Assembly (NCBI RefSeq): GCF_006345805.1
Contig: NW_021825009.1
Span: forward strand, 1-16,875
Reading direction: 5' to 3'
DNA from: Octopus sinensis
Taxonomy: Eukaryota
DNA: 16,875 nt
Shown here piece after piece: positions 10,352 through 16,875 of this stretch (the stretch's first letter is position 1; each line of letters opens with the position of its first letter). The notes under the pieces are model-generated. The model saw only the letters and a list, made by a program, of their open reading frames with translations. It did no database searches and was not told where the DNA came from. The position numbers and the translations under genes were made by a program.

Positions 10352-10452
10352 ATATATATATATATATATATACACAAACATATATATATATATATACACA
10401 AACATATATATATATATATATATACACACAAACATATATATATATATATATA
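10352..10452. repeat. (TA)n-CACAAACA minisatellite, right part
   Basis: Same unit and orientation as 9555-9722. Confidence 0.9.
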
Positions 10453-10454
10453 AA

Positions 10455-11020
10455 TTGGGTTGTCCGGAAAGATCGTACCGATATATTGTGGCTTAACTTT
10501 CGACTTATTTTAGAACATGGTTGAGTCCATATAATAGGATTTTACTACATCTCCATTTAGAGTACAGATTAAGCTATCTTTTCGTGGAAGAAGGTTTATG
10601 TTCCTATAACCTGTGTTAATTCTGTAACCCTTTAAAATGGAAGATAAGAAAGTTCATTTTCGGCACTTGATCCTTTGGCAACCAGACAAAAATTGCTGCA
10701 GCTCGGCTTTGATGTGTTACCCCACCCTCCATATTCACCAGATATTGCTCCTTCGGATTTCCACTTATTCAGGTCTCTGCAGAATAGTCTTAATGGTAAA
10801 AATTTCAATTCCTTGGATGACGTAAAAAGATACCTTGATGAATTCTTTGCCATGAAATCACCTCGTTTCTGGGAAGAGGGTATTTTCAAGTTAAAGGAGA
10901 GGTGGAGACGCATTGTGCAACAAAATGGTTCATATTTGGTTGATTAAAAATGTAATGGCAAGTATTTATTGACCTTTTTCTTCCCTTTAAAAATCGGCAC
11001 GAACTTTCCGGACAAACCAA
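10455..11020 (+). mobile_element. Internally deleted mariner DNA transposon (566 bp, mellifera-subfamily-like)
   Basis: 28-bp TIRs ttgggttgtccggaaagatcgtaccgat (10455-10482) and atcggcacgaactttccggacaaaccaa (10993-11020) match at 25/28. TA lies on the right and AA on the left, within TA tracts. Transposase remnants are inside. Confidence 0.93.
10637..10947 (+). pseudogene. Mariner transposase remnant: N-terminal start joined out of frame to the C-terminal ~90 aa
   Basis: MEDKKVHFRHL at 10637 resembles mariner N-termini. 10675-10947 gives LPHPPYSPDIAPSDFHLFRSL...GIFKLKERWRRIVQQNGSY, which contains the YSPDLAPxD motif. The HTH, WVPHEL and first two catalytic Asp residues are missing. Confidence 0.92.
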
Positions 11021-11140
11021 TATATATATGAGGCTTTTACATGCCGAAATCTACTTGGTGAAATTAATGATTATTCCAAATTAATTAATTTCACCCTATA
11101 TTATTACTGATAACCATATATATATATATATATATATATA

Positions 11141-11301
11141 TACAACGGACATCTTTAAGTTTTTGCCTACCAAATCCACCCACGAGGCTTTGGTTCGCCT
11201 GAGGCTCTCGTTAGAAGATACTTGTCGAAGGTGTCACGTAATGGGACTGAACTCGGAACCATGTGGTTGGGAAGCAAGCTTTTTACCACGCAGCTGCACC
11301 T
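11141..11301 (-). mobile_element. SINE family A, diverged 5' half
   Basis: Reverse complement of about 3000-3160 (taccaaatccac...gggactgaactcggaaccatgtggttgg...ttaccacgcagc), ending at the internal (TA)n. Confidence 0.85.
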
Positions 11302-11686
11302 ATATTAATCAAATTTTTCACTTTTCATTCACAAGAAAGGGAGACAATTTGGAACACTTCCTGATATTTTCTGATCTCACTAGCCAAAGTTTTCGCCAAA
11401 AGAAACCCGTTAACGAGTCATATTGGTAGGAATTAATGAATGATTCCCATTAATAAAACACATTGATTTTCAAAATCAAAAACAAAAAATGTTTAGCGAT
11501 GATAAATAGATTGGTTTAGATATTTAAATATTTAAGAAACGCCGTGCGAATGCCGAAAGCAACGGACTAGATTTAATTCTCGACGCTGATGTAAAATTTA
11601 GGAAAATACCAATTAATGATACAGATGTATGCAGCCCGAAACTATACACTGCGAAACAGTATGAATAAATGATAAGCAAAGAGCAC

Positions 11687-11694
11687 TATTATTA

Positions 11695-11736
<42 letters not shown>

Positions 11737-11755
11737 CATTATTATTATTATTATT
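11687..11755. repeat. (ATT)n microsatellite
   Basis: Direct inspection; a second (ATT)n tract lies at 11978-12023. Confidence 0.97.
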
Positions 11756-11975
11756 CTATGTTTGACTTTTGCTTTATATTTGTACAAGTTGGCTCCAAGT
11801 CTCACCCAGAGACCTCAAGAGACAAGTTAGAAGTTCATGTTGGTTTCATGCTTAGGGTGTCATATATTCGGTTTTGTACATAGTGTTGTACTAATGAATG
11901 CTTAAAAAACCATAAGAAAATTATGTTTGTTTTAAAATTTGAGATTACATAGAAGTATTTTGCGTAGGATATGAG

Positions 11976-11976
<1 letters not shown>
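11756..11976 (-). mobile_element. R4/Dong-like non-LTR retrotransposon, short 5'-truncated 3' end (copy A)
   Basis: Homologous to 12024-12240 (tttgtacaagttggctccaagtctca...tttaaaatttgagattac). The minus strand encodes the ORF end HILRKIL, and the copy is flanked by (TAA)n on both sides. Confidence 0.8.
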
Positions 11977-12023
<47 letters not shown>

Positions 12024-12690
12024 GCTTTGTATGTTGCTTTGCATTTGTACAAGTTGGCTCCAAGTCTCATCCAGAGACCTCAAGAGACGCTCATGCTAGA
12101 AGTTCATGTTGGTGTTATGCTTAGGGTGTCATATATTAGGTTTTGCACTTAGTATTGTTCTAGAGAATGTGTAAGAAAATTGTGAGTTTGTTTTAAAATT
12201 TGAGATTACCTAGACAGTATTTAACTTAGGATATGGGCAGTTCTCATGATCACTATCTTTTGAATTTCTGCCATTTTGGAGTTTCCTGGTATCTGGGTTA
12301 AGTAGTAAATATCCCCTTTTTCTATCATTCCTAGGACACCTATGACAACAGTCATAGTCTTCAGGTTCCACATTTTTCCAATTTCTATTTCAAGATCTTT
12401 ATACTTGCTCAGTTTTTGATAGGTCTTAACAGATACATATATCTCGATTGGGACAGTCATATCGATGAGGAGGCTTGATTTTTGTCTGAAGTCCTTCGAT
12501 ATAATGTCTGGCCTATGCGCATCAATCTTTCTGTCAGTTTGAATGGTGAAGTTCCAGAGGAGTGAGATGTGATCATTTTCAAGCTGGAGGTGGATTGTGT
12601 TCCCACCAGTTTTTATCATGGGCAGGTCCAGGATTTTTGCAAATTACCCAGTGAATATATTGTGCAGCTCTATCATGCCTGTTGAGATAC
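12024..12690 (-). mobile_element. R4/Dong-like non-LTR retrotransposon 3' fragment with restriction-like endonuclease (RLE) domain (copy B)
   Basis: Frameshifted translation YLNRHDRAAQYIHW...WWEHNPPP / LENDHISLLWNFTIQTDRKIDAHRPDII...LLIDMTVP...KLSKYKDL...VVIGVLG...TAHIL gives the RHD, PD-(D/E) and KxxKY motifs of RLE-clade LINEs. A 3' UTR and (TAA)n follow. Confidence 0.88.
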
Positions 12691-13975
12691 ACCAGCACCG
12701 CGACAACAACAGCTACGACAACGACAAACGCAACCATCATGACCACCACTACTGAAAGACTCTCACCGTTGCTCGCTCTACCACAACCACCTGCGAAATA
12801 ATCCAGCACCATCTCAACCACCACCACCTCAACCATCACCACTACAACCACCATCACCACCTCAACCACAGCCACCGCCACCTCAACAACAACCACCGCC
12901 ACCACAACCACCACTACAACCACCACCACAACCATCACCATCACCACTACCACAATAACAACAACAACAACCTCAACCACCATGACGAACACTGCTGAAA
13001 GCCTCTCACAACTACAACCATCGGGAAAATAATCCACTACTACAGTCTCCATCATCACAATGACCACCACCACAACAGCAGCAACAACTTTTACCATCAT
13101 GACCACCACCGCTGATAGCCTCTCGTCGTTGCCCTCACAACCTCAACCACAAGCAAGATAATCCACCACCATTATCATCACCACCACCACAACAACAACA
13201 ATCATCACTACTACTACAACCACCACCACTACTACTACAACCACCACCACTACAACAACCACCACCACTACCTCAGCCACCACAACTACCGCCACAAAAA
13301 CCAGCACAACAACCACCAAAACCACAACCACCACTGCAACCAAAACCACCACAACCACCACCAAAACCACAACCACTACCACCACGTAACCACTACCACC
13401 ACCACAACCACTACAACAACAACCACAACCACCACCAAAACCACAACCACTACAACAACCACCACCACTACAACCATCACCAACTACAACAACCACCACC
13501 ACTACAACAGCCACCACAACTACCACCACGCAACCACTACCACCACCGCAACAATCGCCACCACCACTACAACAACAACAACAACCACTACCACCACCAA
13601 AACCACAACTACTATCACTACTACTACAACCACCAACTACAACAACCACCACCACTACAACAGCCACCACAACTACCACCACCGCCACCAAAGCCACAAC
13701 CACAACCACCACCGCAACCCAAACCACCACAACCACCACCAAAACCACAACCACCACAACCACTACCACCACGCAACCACTACCACCACCGCAACTACAA
13801 CAACCGCCACCACCAAAACAACCACCACCACCACTACCACAACCGCAACTACAACAACCACCACCACAATCACCACCACCACCAAAACAACCACCTCTAT
13901 AACAGCCACCACCACAACCACCACCACCACCACCACCACCGCTGCCGTCGCCACCTCCTTCACACCCACCCACCA
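12691..13975. repeat. (CAC/CAA/CTA)n low-complexity tract with internal higher-order repeats
   Basis: Nearly G-free plus strand; the poly-V/G/C minus ORFs are repeat translations. Confidence 0.93.
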
Positions 13976-14283
13976 TCGCTAGACTTAAACTAATTTTCTG
14001 ACGTCCATGTTAGAAAGAATTAACGACAGCCATTATTACGTTAGAAATTACTTTATAATGGACGCCAAATAATCCCACGGTTACATGCAATGTGCTACCG
14101 TTAAACTATCTTTTCTATTCTACTACCACCTCTACTGCTGCTGCTACTACTATTAATTCTGCTATGCCACGAACCAGCGAGGGAGGCCTCTATGTGGTAG
14201 ACAAAGCTGTTAGAAATTGCAGCCGAATCTCTCTCAGATCACTTCTCCCTGTCTTACGTAGGTATTTGTGTATATATATCATG

Positions 14284-14425
14284 ATTCAATGAGGGAGCCT
14301 TCTACATGGTGGCTAAAGCTGAGAAAAATCGCAGTCAAATTTTCCTCCTAGAGCCTTATGTATGTATGTCATAATTCGATGAGGGAGCCTTCCACATGGT
14401 GGCTACAGCTGAGAAAAATCGCAGT
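14284..14425 (+). repeat. 52-bp direct repeat, period 90 (14284-14335 and 14374-14425), with a more diverged third copy near 14178-14225
   Basis: attcRatgagggagccttcYacatggtggctaMagctgagaaaaatcgcagt, with 3 mismatches between the copies. Confidence 0.85.
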
Positions 14426-14560
14426 GTTGGTGTGTTTACGTTCCTGCAATAAGCGGTTTGACAAAAGGTTCCTCATAGAATATAGTACTGGGCTTTAAGA
14501 ATTCTTCAAGGCGGTGCCCCAGCATGACCGCGGTCTAATGACTGAAACAAGTAAAAGAGA
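14426..14560 (+). mobile_element. SINE family A, diverged 3' part
   Basis: tggtgtgtttacg...aaggcggtgccccagcatgaccgcggtctaatgactgaaacaagtaaaaga aligns with about 3236-3394. Confidence 0.85.
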
Positions 14561-14569
14561 AACGATAAT

Positions 14570-14795
14570 GGTTGGCAGAAACGTTAGCACGCCGGGAGAG
14601 ATGCGTAGCCGAATTTCGTCTGCCGTTACGTTCTGAGTTCAAATTCCGCCGAGGTCGACTTTGCCTTTCATCCTTTTGGGGTCGATAAATTAAGTACCAG
14701 TTACGCACTGGGGTCGATGTAATCGACTTAATCCCTTTGTCTGTCCTTGTTTGTCCTCTCTATGTTTAGCCCCTTGTGGGCAATAAAGAAACAGG
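14570..14795 (+). mobile_element. tRNA-derived SINE family C (Deu/Nin-like central domain)
   Basis: tRNA-like head tggcagaaacgttagcac, B-box-like GAGTTCAAATTCC (14635-14647) and central gcctttcatcctt..ggggtcgataaattaagtaccag. Several reverse-strand homologues lie downstream. Confidence 0.88.
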
Positions 14796-14821
14796 AATAA
14801 TTTAGCGCTGGGCCAAACCTG

Positions 14822-14987
14822 TCCTTATAGAATTATGATCGTAGCTGTTTCAGTTCCATTCGCTCTTGTTTTATTGATGCACAGTGTATCTAGGACTACA
14901 TCATGTAATGCGCCCCTCCTTGTTGATGTTCTTGTTTAGCAATTTTGATCATGGTTCTGCCTGATCAGGTGCGACCTGGGATTAAAC
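14822..14987 (-). repeat. Diverged dispersed copy of the 118-bp tandem unit sequence
   Basis: agtgtatctaggactacatcatgtaatgcgcccctccttgttgatg resembles the reverse complement of caacaacaaggaagaacacatttgataatgtagtcctagatacact. Confidence 0.7.
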
Positions 14988-15018
14988 AACGGCAAGGAAG
15001 TATGTCATGCAGTCCAAA

Positions 15019-15442
15019 AATCCTTTCCTTCAACAATGCGCGCAAGCCTGGTATTTTGGGGAAGCGAGATAAGTCGATTACATTGAAACCCCCCACCACC
15101 AACTCCACAATGTTCAGTTGGTTCTTATTTCATCGAGGCCCGAAAGAATGAAAGGCAAAGTCGACCTCAGCGGAATTTGAACTCAGAACCTAAAGACGGA
15201 CGAAATACCTATTTCTTTATTACCCACAAGGGGCTAAACACAGAGAGGACAAACAAGGACAGACAAACAGATTAAGTCGATTACATCGACCCCAGTGCGT
15301 AACTGGTACTCAATTTATCGACCCCGAAAGGATGAAAGGCAAAGTCGACCCCGGCGGAATTTGAACTCAGAACGTAACGGCAGACGAAATACTGCTAAGC
15401 ATTTCGCCCGGCGTGCTAACCTTTCTGCCAGCTCACCGCCTT
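15019..15442 (-). mobile_element. SINE family C, dimeric arrangement (full monomer 15208-15442 plus headless second monomer 15019-15208)
   Basis: 15208-15442 is the reverse complement of 14570-14795 with the complete 5' end. The block gaaaggcaaagtcgacc..gcggaatttgaactcagaac occurs twice, near 15150 and 15334. Confidence 0.88.
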
Positions 15443-15486
15443 AAAACAAGAACAAGAACAACAACAATAATAATGATAATAATAAT

Positions 15487-15936
15487 GCCGTACCAGGCAG
15501 TGGCTCTCATGGCTTCTGATCTAAGCTGATTGGAAGTGTTATCATGTACATTGTTTTGTCTTGGTATAAAAGATGGGCTACAGCAAATATTCTGCTCAAT
15601 ACCACAGATTTGCTTGTCAGTTGTTTGACCTTAATCGTGTGATTATGTCCCTTGGTAGCTGACGATATGTGCATCTCTGATCACGAGCAGAAGTAGTGGG
15701 GGAGCATCATAGCCATGTGTTGAGAGGGATTCTTTGGGGTTTGGATTATTCACCTCTGGAAAAATGGGTGTTTCGTCCAGCATCCTCAAACAACCCTTAT
15801 TCAGGGACCTTTTGAGTGGGATGGGCTACTCGACCTGAAAAAAATTTAGGCCCCACCTGAAAGGTTATATGTTGTTTATCTTCACCCTGAGATCACCCTG
15901 TCGTGCACATATGGTTTTGATGCGTGTGCCTGGGGT
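15487..15936. other. Unassigned non-coding segment abutting an (AAC)/(AAT)n tract, probably an interspersed repeat
   Basis: Complex sequence that starts directly after the (AAT)n tract and is cut by a SINE. It has no ORF and no second copy in the window, so repeat status is inferred. Confidence 0.35.
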
Positions 15937-16450
15937 AAGACCGAAGAAATACCGCTAAGCGTTTTGGACGGCGCGCTAACAATTTTATCAGCTCGCCCCT
16001 TTATTAATCCTTTCTATTATAGGCAGACGGCCTGAAATTTGGGGGAGGGGACGAGTCGATTACATCAACCCCTATCGTTTCAGTGATACTTAATTTATCG
16101 CCCTCGAAAAGATGAAAGGCGAAGTCGACCTCTGCAGAATTTGAACTCGGAACGTAGCAACGGGCGAAATATCGCAAAACACTTCGTCAAACGTGCTAAC
16201 GATTCCGCCAGCTCCCCGCCTTCTTTATTTCTAATAACGGTTTCAAATGTTGGCACAAGGCCAGCAATTTCGGTTGGAGGGGGTTAAGTCGATTACATCG
16301 ACCCCAGTGCTAAACTGGTCCTTATTTTATCGACCCCAAAATGGGTGAGGGGTAAAGTCAACCTTGGCGAAATTTTGAAGGCAGAGCTGAAAGACGGACG
16401 AAATGTCGCTCAGCATTTTGTCCGGCATGCTAACGAATCTGCCAACTCAG
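15937..16450 (-). mobile_element. Cluster of three diverged SINE family C copies (15937-16001 head only, 16006-16222, 16236-16450)
   Basis: Each ends in a gctaac...gcca(g/a)ctc-like head. The two longer copies contain agtcgattacatc.accc...ttatcg.ccc..aa..atg...aaagtc.acct. Confidence 0.85.
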
Positions 16451-16466
16451 TCGAAGAATAAAAGAC

Positions 16467-16875
16467 AATGTAGTCTTAGATACACTACGTCAGAATAAAA
16501 GACAGGATGGCCACAGATGGAACGGCTTTGATCATAGGCCTGCTGGATCAGGACTAAGCAACAACAAGGAAGAACACATTTGATAATGTAGTCCTAGATA
16601 CACTATGCCAGGATAAAAGACAGGATGGCCACAGATGGAACGGCTTTGATCATAGGCCTGCTGGATCAGGACTAAGCAACAACAAGGAAGAACACATTAG
16701 ATAATGTAGTCCTAGATACACTATGCCAGGATAAAAGACAGGATGGCCACAGATGGAACGGCTTTGATCATAGGCCTGCTGGATCAGGACTAAGCAACAA
16801 CAAGGAAGAACACATTTGATAATGTAGTCCTAGATACACTATGCCAGGATAAAAGACAGGATGGCCACAGATGGA
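16467..16875 (+). repeat. 118-bp tandem repeat array, about 3.5 units, running off the window
   Basis: Units begin aatgtagtc at 16467, 16585, 16703 and 16821. Units 2-4 are almost identical. Confidence 0.97.

Noticed and set aside
11531-11668. Short open frame FKKRRANAESNGLDLILDADVKFRKIPINDTDVCSPKLYTAKQYE
   Set aside because: 45 codons, weak splice acceptor and no recognised homology. It cannot be supported as an exon without a search.
12579-13976. Poly-Val/Gly/Cys ORFs resembling keratin-associated or membrane proteins
   Set aside because: Reverse translation of (CAC/CAA)n. Only the final ~35 aa of 12579-13109 is meaningful, and it belongs to the RLE retrotransposon.
16467-16875. CRISPR-like periodicity
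   Set aside because: The units are identical along their whole length with no unique spacers, the context is eukaryotic and there are no cas genes.

Overview
Repeat-saturated, AT-rich animal non-coding DNA. The SINE families and the extreme (TA)/(TG)/(CA) load suggest an octopus or other coleoid cephalopod; this is inferred by recognition, not tested. No intact host gene is supportable, and nearly all listed ORFs are microsatellite translations. The recognisable content is three tRNA-derived SINE families in many copies, an internally deleted mariner transposon (10455-11020), tandem 3' fragments of an R4/Dong-like RLE non-LTR retrotransposon embedded in (TAA)n (11756-12690), two decayed Penelope-like RT fragments with YRDD motifs (about 6270-7340) and a 118-bp tandem array at the right edge. 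The standout is a 481-bp near-perfect palindrome (9723-10203) inserted in a (TA)n-based minisatellite. It carries a canonical type I hammerhead ribozyme motif on each strand (9790-9869 minus, 10060-10139 plus). A second, different hammerhead-like motif lies at 3990-4041. Both fit Penelope-like element pseudo-LTRs.
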